A DNA stretch of 64,000 nucleotides from contig NC_043018.1 of NCBI RefSeq assembly GCF_006345805.1, positions 14,260,001-14,324,000 on the forward strand, in the 5' to 3' direction. This DNA is from Octopus sinensis (Eukaryota). Each line of letters starts with the position of its first letter. The stretch's first letter is position 1. The notes beneath the pieces are model-generated. The model did no database searches. It saw only the letters and a list, made by a program, of their open reading frames with translations, and was not told where the DNA came from. Shown piece after piece: positions 1 to 13,969 of the stretch. The translations under genes and the position numbers were made by a program.

Positions 1-360
1 TCAATACCGGCAGATGACAACGTGTCTCTAAAAGAAATGGAGAAACTCTCAAAATACAAAGACCTGGAAATAGAGGTAACTAGAATGTGGAACCTGAAAA
101 CAGAAACAATTCCTATCATAGTAGGTGCATTAGGCATGATAAAAAAATATTCAGACAAATACATAACAAAAACACCAGGACTTACAAACACATATAACAT
201 ACAGAAAATGGCACTACTAGGCACTGCACACATCCTACGCAGAACACTTTCCATACAATAACCATCAGAGCATCACAACAAATCACAGCACATACCCAAG
301 GCACACAGAGCTGCACTCGGTAGTGAAGTGAAAGCACGCTATAAAAATAAAACTACTGAA
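1..360 (+). mobile_element. 3' end of Dong/R4-type RLE non-LTR retrotransposon (variant A)
   Basis: ORF 22-261 KEMEKLSKYKDLEIEV...QKMALLGTAHILRRTLSIQ* is a restriction-like endonuclease C-terminus; ~100-nt 3'UTR ends directly in (TAA)n. Confidence 0.85.
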
Positions 361-404
361 TAATAATAATAATAATAATAATAACAATAATAATAATAAT
401 AATA

Positions 405-442
<38 letters not shown>

Positions 443-482
443 TTAATGATAATAATAATAATGATAATAATAATAATAATAA
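361..482. repeat. (TAA)n microsatellite between two RLE LINEs
   Basis: Direct sequence. Confidence 0.95.
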
Positions 483-3400
483 CCACTTCATAAACTCTCA
501 AAATACAAACCAAAATAAAAAACAAATCAAAATTGGCAACTATGTAACAAATGAAATAATACAAGAATTAAAACCTGATTTTACTGAGTTAAATGAAATT
601 ATTCACGCTTCTGCTAGGGCAATTGAAACCAGCTGTATGCCCCCGAAGAAACAAAGAAAACCAAACCTGGGAAGAAATTAAACCTGGAGAAGTAAAATTG
701 AAAAAGAGATTGAATTATGAGAGGGGAAATATCAATATTAAACGAACTAATATGTGGAAATGATGTAAGATCCAGAACAGGAAGAAAGATGAAGAGAAAA
801 TTTGGATCCTCATCAAGAGAAGAACTGATATCAATAAAAGAAACGCTGAAACAAAAAGTCCAAGCAAAAGCCCAAAGAATACGAAGATTTGAGAAGAGAA
901 ACAAGTTTTACAAGCAAAATAAGCTGTTCACATCCAATGCCAAAAAATTCTACAGAGAAATAGGGAAGGAGAAAGTAACCGTTAAAGACCCCCCTCCCAT
1001 GGAAGAAGTTCAAAACTTTGGAAAAGGATTTGGAGTGACGAGAAGACGTACAACATAAATGCAGACTGGATTATACAAACAGAAGGGTCCTACCAAAATT
1101 TACAACAAGCATGGGAAGACATCACAATAGCAGACCTAAGAAAGGCACTCACGAAGGCCCATAATTAGAAATCCCCCGGTAAAGATAAGGTGCCGAATTT
1201 CTGGCTCGCATCGCTCCCATGCGCACACGGTAAGCTAGTTCAGCTGCTCAATGGAATTATGAGAGACCCAAAGAAAACACCTGAATGGTTAGCAAGTGGT
1301 ATTACTTACCTACTCCCAAAGAATAACGAAAGCAAACTTCCAAAAAACTATCGGCCTATAACCTGTTTATCCACCACGTATAAAATCCTAACATCTATCC
1401 TGGCGGAGAAAACATATGCATTCATGGAGAAGAACGATATTTTCCCCATTGAACAAAAAGGGTGCCGCCGAGGCTCATACGGATGCAAAGATCAACTGCT
1501 AATTAATCGTATGATCCTTGAGAACTGTCACAACAAGCGCAGAAATCTCAGCTCCGCATGGAATGACTATAAAAAAGGCCTTCGACAGTATACCGCATTC
1601 GTGGAACTTGAGATCGCTGGACATCTTCAAAATTTCCCCTGTGATTTCAAGCTTCCTGAAGCACAATATGTCGTTGTGGAATACGAATCTCCAATTATAC
1701 CACTCTAATGGAGTACTTGCCTCACATAATATAAACATCAACTGTGGCATTTTTCAAGGTGACTCACTTTCACCTCTAATATTCTGCATAGCCCTAATAC
1801 CCCTTACAAGTGAATTAAACAGAACAGGGTATGGGTATAAAATTGTCAATAATAAAATAAGCCATCTATTTTATATGGATGACTTAAAACTCTATGGTAA
1901 AGACAATAATGAACTTGAAGGCATATTGCGCACTGTGAAAGCATTCAGCGATGACATCGGTTTGGAGTTTGGACTTGAGAAGTGTGCCAAGGCCACTTTC
2001 CAGAAAGGGAAAGTGAAGACCACAAATTCAGTCGTGCTAGATGTTGACACAGTCATAAGAGAGCTTGAGCAAGAACAAACATACAAATATTTAGGGATAA
2101 ATGAAAGCTCTGGTATTCAGCATGCAAGCATGAAAGAGAAGATCAGGAAGGAATGTTATAGGAGAGTTCGTGCAGTCCTGAAATATGACCTAAATGCACG
2201 TAACAAGGTGTGAGCTATAAATTCCTTAGCAGTTCCAGTTGTTACTTATAGCTACAATGTGTTGAACTGGAATATGAGTGAAGTAAAGAATATAGATAGG
2301 AAAATACGCAAGCTGCTGAGTTGTAATAGGATGCACCACCCAAAGGCAGACCTAGATCGCCTTTACCTCCCCAGAGCCCAAGGAGGTCGAAGCCTGATCC
2401 AATTTGAACTAGCTTACAAAACAACCACAATTGGACTGGCCAAATATCTTGAAATAACGAATGACTGGATGCTAAAGCTCGTGGAAAATCACGAGAGACG
2501 AAAGAAGCTTCATTCTATCATAAAGGAAAGCAAAAAAATTGCTATTGATTTCGTGCAGGATACCCAAACTGAACAACCCGAGGGAAGTACGGCAACTATT
2601 GTTGCAAAGAAGGTGAAAATAATGGCAACGAAAAAAGCGCACGAGCAATTGGCTGATAGGTGGGAGGAGAAACCTCTGCACGGCAAATATGTGACCCGCA
2701 GCAAACAAGCTGATGTTGACCAGAAGCAAACCCATCAGTGGCTACGGAGCTCAGGGCTAAAAGCAGAGAGTGAAGGTTTCATCCTGGCTGCTCAAGATCA
2801 AAGCCTATTAACCCGGAACTACCAGGCCAATGTGATGAAAAATGGAGCAGACCCAAAATGCCGATTCTGCAAAGACATGATTGAAACAGTGGACCACCTA
2901 ATCTCTGGATGTAAGGTTCTCTGGATGTAAGGTCTTAGCACCAGTGGAGTATAAATTAAGACATGACAGAGTTGGCCAATATCTACACTAGCTAATAAGT
3001 CGGCATTACAATATCAAAACTGCCGACAAGTGGTATAATCACCACCTTGAAGCTGTAACTGAAGGAGAAAATGTAACGATTATGTGGGACTTTCCAGTAC
3101 ATACAGACCGAACCATCAAAGCCAATAAACCGGATATTGTGAAAGACCAAAACAATTAAGTTTGCTTATTGATCAACATGAGCATCCCCTGTGATCATAA
3201 TATCTCGGCGAAAGAGTTTGAGAAGCTCAGAAAATATAAAGACCTGCTCATTGAAATTGAGAAAATGTGGCATCTCAAGGCGGTTACAATACCAGTGATC
3301 GTTGGAGCACTAGGAATGATCAAGAAGGGAACCGAAAATTATATGAGAATGATCCCTGGCTTACCATCCCTGCAAGAAGTGCAAAAGATTGTCTTAACTG

Positions 3401-3608
3401 GTACATCACACGTATTGAGAAGAGCATTGTCGATGTGAGAACTATTACTACCCATGTATTTTAATTAAACTTTAAAAAAAATGAACGGACAAGTGAGTTT
3501 AGTTAATGGCCTACCAATGTATACTATGTGTTTCTTTGCCCTGGGAGTCGGGAAGACACTCGGCAAGAAATGGAAGCAAATTTGAAAGAAGGAGAAAAAA
3601 AGATAGCA
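483..3608 (+). mobile_element. 5'-truncated, decayed Dong/R4-type RLE LINE (variant B): RT, CCHC knuckle, RLE endonuclease
   Basis: KNYRPITCL, GIFQGDSLSPL, YMDDLKLY, CRFC..ETVDHLISGC, KPDI, EKLRKYKDL...LTGTSHVLRRALSM*; stops and frameshifts including a 16-bp tandem duplication 2902-2933; flanked by (TAA)n on both sides. Confidence 0.9.
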
Positions 3609-4229
3609 ATAATAATAATAATAATAATAATAGTAAAACTAATAATAATAAATGCTGGAGTCGATTCGTTTGACTAAAATTCTTTGAAGCAATGGTCTAG
3701 CATGACTGTAATCTCATGAGTGACAAATTAAAAGACGCTTCAAACAATTGATAGCAAACATTAAGATGTTCATTACGATCATAAAATTCATCCGAAGGTT
3801 ATGAAGCTTCATTCGATATTGAAGGTAGTGAATATTTTGATTTTGCAGGAAGTTTTGTTTGAAATATTTAAGATGTAGCACATAATTGTAACTTAAAAGA
3901 GTGTAAAATAAGTACTTGGCGATTTGTAAGCGCAAATCAAAGATTTTCATTTCATTCTTGCTTTTGTTATCCCTATAATATTATATTTCTTTTAACTGAT
4001 TTTCTGCTTGTTTCAGTCATTGAAATATATAGCACTAATCTCTAGCCTAAAGGTTTTTATTCGCTTCTTAACAACCGATTTGTATTAACCAAACAGCAAA
4101 GAGTAGAAATGCTGGATTTCATCCAAAATTTACAGACTACAATGATGCTCATCCTCCAAACACAATCGAAGAATTCTCAAGGGAAAATTTGAAAAACTTG
4201 GTGTGGCTATTAAAATTCACAACAGAACC

Positions 4230-4295
4230 TGCGTAAAATGTGGAAGCGTGTGCCTCTCAGTTGGAGGCCAAAAAAGACATGCTAAGAGAGTGCAT
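4230..4295 (+). other. Isolated C2H2 zinc-finger-like coding remnant (CVKC-x12-H-x4-H)
   Basis: Exact C-x2-C-x12-H-x4-H spacing in a Met-less open frame 4146-4349; no clean splice context. Confidence 0.3.
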
Positions 4296-5046
4296 ATGGT
4301 GGCACCTGTTTCTCCTGCCAGCCAGCACAGTTGTCCAGTAAGTAATTAAATGTGTAAAAGCTTGACTAGGCTTAAAACTCATATAAGGGCATCACATGGC
4401 AACAATAATGAATCATTTCAGTAAATCTTCTTGCCCATGGCTTTACTCGTGTAACGAGAATGCAGCTGTGATATATGTATATATGTGTGTGTGCGTGTGT
4501 GTGTGTACATTTCTGTTATTTCGGCCACTAGTCATTTCCCCAACTGCTGCCAACGAATCTAGTCAACACACAAGACAGCTATTATGATCCACCTCACAAA
4601 AAACCCATCACGTGGACTCTGTTGAGACTCGTAAGAAACAATTATAAACTTTTTTTATTACACTTAACTTTTAAAAATATTTTTGATAAGGTTCGTTTTT
4701 TCAAGAAAAACCGAAACATGAAAAATTTCTTAGAAAATTAAAATTTATCTTATATAGTGGCGATTTCAAACATCTTTTTTATAAATATATACCCACTCGT
4801 ATACCACCCACACCTATTATAAATATACATATAGTAAAGGTTGTTTGCCAACATAAAGTGACAGCTGAATGTTACTATTGTTTAGCCCCAGGAAACATTG
4901 TCTTCTGGAGCTGAATAAGCTGAATAAGATTAACATTCGACTGCTGTGTTTTGTTGGCAATTAACCTTCATTCTAGAGTACTCTTAGGGAATATCTATTG
5001 TTGATAGTTTTACAAATACGAATTTTCCATTTTATGTATGTATGTA

Positions 5047-5122
<76 letters not shown>

Positions 5123-5832
5123 TATAAAACAATAGCACGATTTATGCGATGTTAGTTTGTGTAGTTCATGTACCTAGAACAGCTGTGAGAAATATTAATA
5201 AAAAAATTGTAAGTTTAAGCAATATCAAATTTATGTCCTCCGTTACGTCAATGTTCTTCAGTGGGGACATGAATCTTTTGAATAAAAAAACGACAATGTC
5301 TATAAGCTGTTTTTTACACGCCGACGTATACTGATCCCAGAAAATCGCTGCTTCCAAATTGTTGCTTAAATACATGTTATTCCTGCTCTAGCAGACACAT
5401 TATCGAAGACATTAAAAACTAATTGCAAAAATAGTTATAAGTTCTAATGCAAATATATAATTGAGGTAGGAATACAATTTCAGAAGTATTTTCATTATTG
5501 TTTCTTGATAAAGTGGAAAAGGACAACATTTTTGGAGAACTTACTACAAATATAACGCTGTAATATCCAACAGTAATATTTTCAATTGTTTCTTAGCAAC
5601 TGATATGCATTAACCAAAAAACCAAAACTAGAAAAGCTGGAGTGCATCCAAAGAGTAAAGACTAAAATAATGCATATTCTGCAAATAAAATGGATGGGAT
5701 GTAAAACGAGAATTTGTAAATCCTTAAGGGTATTCTCTGTTTTTGAGGTTCTTCGGCTGTACGCATGCGCACAGGCAACAAACAAATGAAGCTTATACAG
5801 ACTCGTTCTACATCTCATCTACTTATTTGCTC

Positions 5833-6071
5833 ATTTACTTGTTTCAGTCATTTGACTGCGGCCATGCTGGAGTACCGCCTTGAGTCGAGCAAATCGACCC
5901 CAGGGCTTATTCTTTGGAAGCCTACTATTTATTCTATCGGCCACTAAGTTACGGGGACGTAAACACACCACCATCGGTTGCCAAGCGATGCTGTGGGACG
6001 GGGGCACAAACACACACACACACAGACACACACGCACACACACACACACACACATACACACACACACACAC

Positions 6072-6129
<58 letters not shown>

Positions 6130-6295
6130 TACCTACATATATACATATATTCGACGGGCTTCTTTCAGTTTGCGTCTACTAAATCTACTCACAAGGCCTT
6201 GGTCGGCCCGAGGCTAAGGTGCCATGCAGTGGGGATGAACCCGGAACCATGTGGTTGATAAGCAGGCTACTTACCACGCAGCCACTCCTGCGCCT
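5833..6295 (-). mobile_element. tRNA-derived SINE family A, full length, with internal (CA)n(TA)n
   Basis: Head AGGCGCAGGAGTGGCTGCGTGGTAAG (A box) and GGGTTCATCCC (B box); body shared with copies at 48310 and 50453. Confidence 0.85.
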
Positions 6296-6509
6296 ATACA
6301 AACAACATCATTACCATAACATATTCTGTATATTGTTATTACTAATTTACATACAGCCACAATGAATAATGTGTTAGATTCGAACGGTATTTATATAAAG
6401 AGTTCGGTGAAATTCCCTTGTGCAAAATTCAGACACGTTGGTGATGGTCATATAGGTGATGTTATCAAGAGAACTGTTGCAACATTTCTTTGCCCATAGA
6501 TTTCATATT

Positions 6510-6805
<296 letters not shown>

Positions 6806-6810
6806 CGTGG

Positions 6811-7104
6811 AGGCGCAATGGCCTACTGATTAGGGCAGCGTACTCGCGGTCGTAGGATCGCGGTTTCGATTCCAGACCGGGCGTTGTGAGTGCTTATTGA
6901 GCGAAAACACCTAAAAGCTACACGATGCTCCGGGAGGGGGGGTGATCCCTGCTGTACTCTTTCACCACTCTTTCTTCTGTTGGCCTGCTCGCTTAGCCAG
7001 CGGGGTCGCGTCATTCGAAGGCTAAAACAATGCGAACGCATTGTGACCAGCGATGTGTAACTACATCTGACGGACTGGACGGTCACGTGATGATGATGAT
7101 GATG

Positions 7105-7107
<3 letters not shown>
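6811..7107 (+). mobile_element. tRNA-derived SINE family B, tail type i, (GAT)n end
   Basis: GGCGCAATGGCC..TTAGGGCAGCG..GGTTTCGATTCC tRNA-like head, shared with 8283, 36149 and 53893. Confidence 0.8.
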
Positions 7108-7145
<38 letters not shown>

Positions 7146-7252
7146 AAATCTGGTCGATTGGAACTTCGAAGCCACAGCATCCCGGAGTCTTGGGTTTTAT
7201 TTTTCAAAAGAAACAAGTACAATACGAACCGTTCAAAATCTAAGGTTTATTC

Positions 7253-7538
7253 CAGGGTTTCTCAAACGGGGTTCAAATAAGATTTTTGGGGGTCTACGGT
7301 AAATTTTCATGGGCCATGAAAAAATGCTTGAGACCAGTAAAGCTTTTGTGCAATGAATTGGTTTATACGTCCAGAATACAAAAAATATTTTAATAATTTT
7401 TACACGAGTCCTAATAATATTTAATTATAAAATTACAGTAAGATTTTTAAAACGTGGAACGGCTACGGAGACCCCCCACCCGCCCAAGTAAAATAGGAAT
7501 GAAAGGGGTTCATAGATAAAAAGTGATGAGAACCCTTG
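7253..7538. mobile_element. hAT-type MITE
   Basis: Imperfect TIRs CAGGGTTTCTCAAA / GATGAGAACCCTTG; 8-bp TSD GTTTATTC / TTTTATTC (7/8). Confidence 0.7.
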
Positions 7539-7661
7539 TTTTATTCATAGAAGCAAAGGAAAAAAATGATAAGGGACCACTGAATGATTTCAAAGAATTT
7601 ATTTCATAAAATTTATATCATCTTGTAAACTGATTTATTGAGAACATATGACATGAAAAGG

Positions 7662-7849
7662 TTAACCCTTTTGTCACGAGATTTCTGTAGAAATACATGG
7701 TTTTTATTTCGTTTAATTTTGAAAATGATTAATAATTTAGTGAAATAACTGTCTTGGAATGTTTTCAGTGACAAGGACCATCATGAACTCTCAACTGATA
7801 TTTGCAACATGAACTAGCATAAAACTTTGAAGGAAAATTTTAATTAAGA
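7662..7849. mobile_element. piggyBac-like MITE fragment (TTAA-CCCTT end)
   Basis: TTAACCCTTTTGT start and body similar to the MITE at 54457; a second such end lies at 8152-8260. Confidence 0.5.
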
Positions 7850-8144
7850 CTATCAGTATCGCCCGGCGTTGCTCGGGTTTGTAAGGGAAATAACTATATA
7901 AGCATGTTTAGAGAGTTATATAATAGCAAAAAAATGCACTAAAAATGGGAAAAAATTATGGTAAATTTTCTTTTTAGATCGTAGACTCATCGTAGACGCG
8001 CGGTAATACCCAGAAGGGCTCGATATGAATCACGACTATAAGATACCCGCTTTTGGTTAAACTGCACCGCAAAATGTGGGAGTAGTTAGGAATCTAAATC
8101 GTAGGAGACAGACACTCACACAACTTCACTTTTATATATAAAGA
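7850..8144 (-). mobile_element. Non-autonomous Helitron
   Basis: A|TCTTTATATATAAAAGTG 5' end, CCCGAGCAACGCCGGG hairpin, ATAG|T (decayed CTAG) 3' end; homologous to 39329-39723. Confidence 0.85.
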
Positions 8145-8282
8145 TTACTTTTAACCCTTTTGTTAGCATATTTCTGCACAACTAGTGTACTTTGGTTTCA
8201 TTAAATTTTGAAAAAAATGAAGTTTATAAAATAACTTTGTCCTTTCTAAGTCTGTGTTTGGAATACAAATTCACAGGAAATT

Positions 8283-8522
8283 TCAATGGAAGTATAGGTT
8301 CTCCACCTGGACGGAACGCCAGTCCGTCGCAGGTGAGCTGCAAGATACAGGAGGAAAGAATGAGAGAAATTTGTGGCGAAAGAGTCAGCAGAGGTTCGCC
8401 ATTACCTTCTGCCGGAGCAGCGTGAAGCTTAGGTGTTTTCACTCATAAACACACACATCGCCCGGTCTGAGATTCGAATCCGCGATCCTTCGACCACGAG
8501 TCCGCTGCTCTAACCACTAGGC
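8283..8522 (-). mobile_element. SINE family B, tail type ii
   Basis: Family-B head on the minus strand; tail shared with the partial copy at 52262-52410. Confidence 0.7.
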
Positions 8523-8849
8523 TAGAATTAGTTGTTATTAAGTGTAATAAAAAGAAGTGAAATAGAACAAGTATGTGCATATTTTAGTTTCTGGCAAAAT
8601 GATTGCCCATGCCCACCACCACTCAGCATCTGTTTCTACCCAGGATTTTACACCCAGAATAGCTGCAAGTGTGTCTATGTGGTAGAAATTTGCTTCCTAG
8701 TCACGAGTTTCAGGTTCATCACTATAGAAAATGGGTTATTAGCTAATATTCAATTGGGTATACAACAAAATTTTACTATAGAAATTGTTATTCTGGGTAA
8801 CTTTCTGATACCCAGAATAATATTATAGCAAAATAGTCTTAATTTCATT

Positions 8850-9100
8850 TAAGGTTATGGGAACCACAAACTATCCTTTCTTTCGCTTTGTTTACATTTT
8901 GCATAAAGGCGCAGTCTTCTCTCTTGCACACAGCATTGTATTTCTTCTTATGCCCAACTTTTCCCTCAAAATACTAGTGTTGTGTTTCACTTCTACTCTG
9001 ACATTGCACATCCAGCTGAGCATGTTAGGTTTATTCCTCTCTAGCCTTCACATGTCTTCTGCATTTAGGACCCACATCTTACTACCCACTGTGTATGTAT
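8850..9100 (-). mobile_element. RTE-X-like LINE 3' coding fragment
   Basis: Minus translation GSKMWVLNAEDM*RLERNKPNMLSWMCNV...ILREKLGIR resembles the RTE C-terminal region. Confidence 0.55.
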
Positions 9101-9295
9101 GTGTGTGTGTGTTACTATCTCTTTTCTGGGCCTTTGCATGATTTCTGGTCTTTGGGAAACAAGTGAGGGTGTCTGGCTGAAGGTAATCTGCCACAACAAA
9201 ATTCCATCTAATCCATGGCTCCATGGAAAAATGGATGTTAAACTGATGACGATGATGATAATGGGGAATCTTGCAAAGCAAATGCTAAAATAAGA

Positions 9296-9463
9296 CTATA
9301 TGTGGTAAGTAGCTTGATTACGAACCACATGATACCGGGTTCAGTCCCACTGCATGGCAACTTGGGCAAGTATGTTCTACTATAACATCGGGCCAACCAA
9401 AGCCTTGTGAGTGGATTGGGTAGATGGAAACTGAAAGAAGCCCGTCGTATATATATATATATT

Positions 9464-9504
<41 letters not shown>

Positions 9505-9707
9505 TTGTGTGTCTGTGTATGTCCCCCCCAACGTCGCTTGACAACCGATGCTGGTGTGTTTACGTCCCTGTAACTTAGCAGTACAGCAAAAGAGACCGAT
9601 AGAATAAGTACTAGGCTTAGAAAGAATAAGTCCTAGGGTCGATTTGCTCGACTAAATGTGCTGCTCCAGCATGGCCACAGGCAAATGATGGAAACAAGTA
9701 AAAGAAT
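9296..9707 (+). mobile_element. SINE family A
   Basis: Head, internal (TA)(TG) tract and GAAACAAGTAAAAGA tail. Confidence 0.85.
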
Positions 9708-9956
9708 ATATACGTATATATATATATTTATAACGTGTGTGTGTGTTTCCATATAGCTTTGCATTTTCATGATTTCTGCAATCTTTCTTCTTTTATATGT
9801 TTCAGACTTGCGGCTGTGGCCATGCTGGGGTACCCTATACTTACTTTTTTTTATTTCCTTATGTCCTTCATAAGTAAAATAGTAGCATCAAGAAGAGAAG
9901 CCAAGCTTGGATTGTCGTCGTCGTCGTCATTATTATTATTAATATTATTATTATTA

Positions 9957-11378
<1,422 letters not shown>

Positions 11379-11899
11379 GGATTATTATTATTATTATTAT
11401 TATTGTTTTGTTATTATTTTTTCCACACAGAATCATTTTTCTCTTCAGAATGTCGAAGGTAGTACTAGCCTACATTGTTTACAGGTAGCGTTACTAACTC
11501 ATAGCGACCTGACAGAAATCCTACAAAAGGATTTATATTAATTTTTGCACACTGTGATGTTCAGTTCTGTGTTAGAGTCCCAGTTTTATCGAACAGTGTT
11601 GCTTCAGAATCTATTTTCAATAGAATTTATATATTTTTCACTGTGTGTAGTTCAGTTCCTTTCCGACATTCTTACGAGCGTTCGTAACCTTGTTACCACT
11701 GTTATTACAACACCGTTATACAGCGGGAGATATTCTCGTCGCCACTGATATGTCCTACATTATGACAACGTATTCCGCCGCCTGCGTGACTGGCCCGTAC
11801 GGCGTACCTCGCCGACTGACACTGCTTGCTGTGTCTGTCCACCATTTATCAGTAGTGGAACAGCCCACTTCTCACTTGGAGGTGTCCGCCACAACATGT

Positions 11900-13020
11900 A
11901 TATACAATGAACTATCAACGAAAACTCATAGACACACGCGACATAATAATCCAACTGTTTCTTCCAATCCTTTACAACACACTCGATCATAAAAGCAAAA
12001 CAACAGATATAGGAATCAAGATGTCTTCTGTTTGCATGTTTCAACCAAGATCGCTGGAAAACTTTTGCTGCTTTGGACAAAGGTTTTCCTAAATCTAATC
12101 GGTATCATGCTATTTTTAATAGGCTTACCGTGAAGGTCTCCTACGGTAACTCTGCTAATTTTGAGTATATTATGCATCGTATGAACAGCAAAATGCGACG
12201 AATGTTCAATAACCCAACTACTGGATCTAGCGAGCATACGCATCTGAATTCTAACAAAGGAGATCTAAACCGCAATGAAAAACACACCAGTTATAGTCAA
12301 TGGTAGAAACACTTATGATAGAGCTAACACGGTAACAACGTCGATAAATGGAGTCGGGACTGCCTTATATACAATTAAAAATGCGATAAATGCTCATGCA
12401 GAGAAAAATCAAAATGTCCATTGATGAAACTTTGTATGAGTACAAATCTTGTATATAAATGTACCATGCTTACAAGGAGATGGCCGCATGTTTACATTGA
12501 GCAGACGGCTGCTTCATTTATCGTAATCTTGTTGCCATCTTTAAGACAATCAATAAGACATCCTATATATTTGGCTGATTTTGTATGGCGACTGAAGGAG
12601 GATAAAATGAAGTACAGCATATGCTGGTCCATAGTAAGGTACGCGAAACCATACAATATAATTTCCAGAAGATGCCGTCTCTGCTCCTACAAATCTCTGT
12701 CTAATTTGTGGACTAATGACAAGACAATTAACAGACTTTCTGAAATACTCTCGAGATGCCTAGACGCATATGAATGTATTTTCGCAGAATGCAGGGGGAA
12801 TGAACTTTGAGTAACTGCTAACAGAATTTATTTTAAGGTATAGATGACTTAAGTTTACTTTTAACATCTCCATTCTTACAAACACAAAGTAGATAGTTAA
12901 CTCGCTTTGTAATCATGAGCGCACCAAACCTCACGTGTACGTATGCTCACATTTCCGCGGATGCTTGTATGATCGAGTGTACTCGCACCACGCAGCTTGT
13001 CCGAGGACGTTAATACATCC
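11900..13020 (+). mobile_element. Decayed Penelope-like element with C-terminal GIY-YIG endonuclease (probably Nematis-type)
   Basis: DKGFPKSNRYHAIFNRLTVKVSY; CSCREKSKCPLMKLC; VYKC..VYIEQT; FVWRLK..WSIVRYAKPY..CRLC..INRLSEILSRC. Confidence 0.7.
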
Positions 13021-13689
13021 ATATATGTTAACGGTTATTTCTAATAATTTCCTCGCTGTATTGCCTGTTCATTTCTCTTTTTTTTTATCTGTAATTTCAT
13101 TTTTCAACTTCTATGTAAATGAAGATATTTCCTCCACCTATACATATGTATGTATAGGTATAACAGAAAGAAATGTAATTCCACGCAGGAAAATATATAG
13201 GAAGATTTCATTTCGGGTTTGAAAAGGCACATGCATCTGAAAACTTGTGGTCGTTTTCAATTTCGTATTAGATTTATCGAAATATCAAACTGTTTTCCAC
13301 AATTTTTTGCTCATCAATTGTACCAATAAATATACAAAATGTTTAGTAGAGTTTAAAGTTAGAAAGTAAAATTCGGAAAAACACGTTTCAACGAACAAAT
13401 TTTCAAATATTCGCAAAAGTCTCAATGTGGTACACAAGCGATGATATTCGGTGAAGATCCTAAAAATGCACATTATTTAAACTTCAGTCATATGAGTTTA
13501 TATTTTTAAAATATGTTGGGAAGAAGTGAAAAAAATGGAGGGAGAAAAAAATGGTTGGTTAATGTTGACATTTTTACCCGGAAATTAAATCGAAACAAAA
13601 ATCGTGCAACTTATGTAAAAAAAAAGGCTTAGGAAACGAATATGAATCCCAAAATGCCCGGAAAGCAACGTTGGTGGGCAGAGGCCTCC

Positions 13690-13860
13690 GGAAAATCCCC
13701 AAAATCCGATGTTTTTCCCTCATAACGTTTTAGAAAGTGGGGTTTTTGAATGAAATTTTATACCTTTCAAACGGTATAGATTACGATTATAAAGAAATTT
13801 GTGAGGGTGGAAAGAGAAATTTGGAAAATTCACAAGATCCGATGTTTTTCCCTCGTAACT
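13690..13860. repeat. Two imperfect 38-bp direct repeats (period 133) in an unclassified old element
   Basis: GGAAAATcccCAAaATCCGATGTTTTTCCCTCaTAAC at 13690 and 13823. Confidence 0.5.
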
Positions 13861-13969
13861 TTGAGGAAGATATAATCCTTTTAGAATCACAAATTATGCT
13901 TTTTTTCGCTAACTTAAATGCTAAACATCCCTTTGAAGGGTTCGGGGCCTTACGTCAACGGCACTGACA

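Noticed and set aside
6812-6885. tRNA gene calls for SINE heads (also 36460-36533, 54210-54283)
   Set aside because: No closed acceptor stem or oligo-T terminator; heads run into repeat bodies with TSDs
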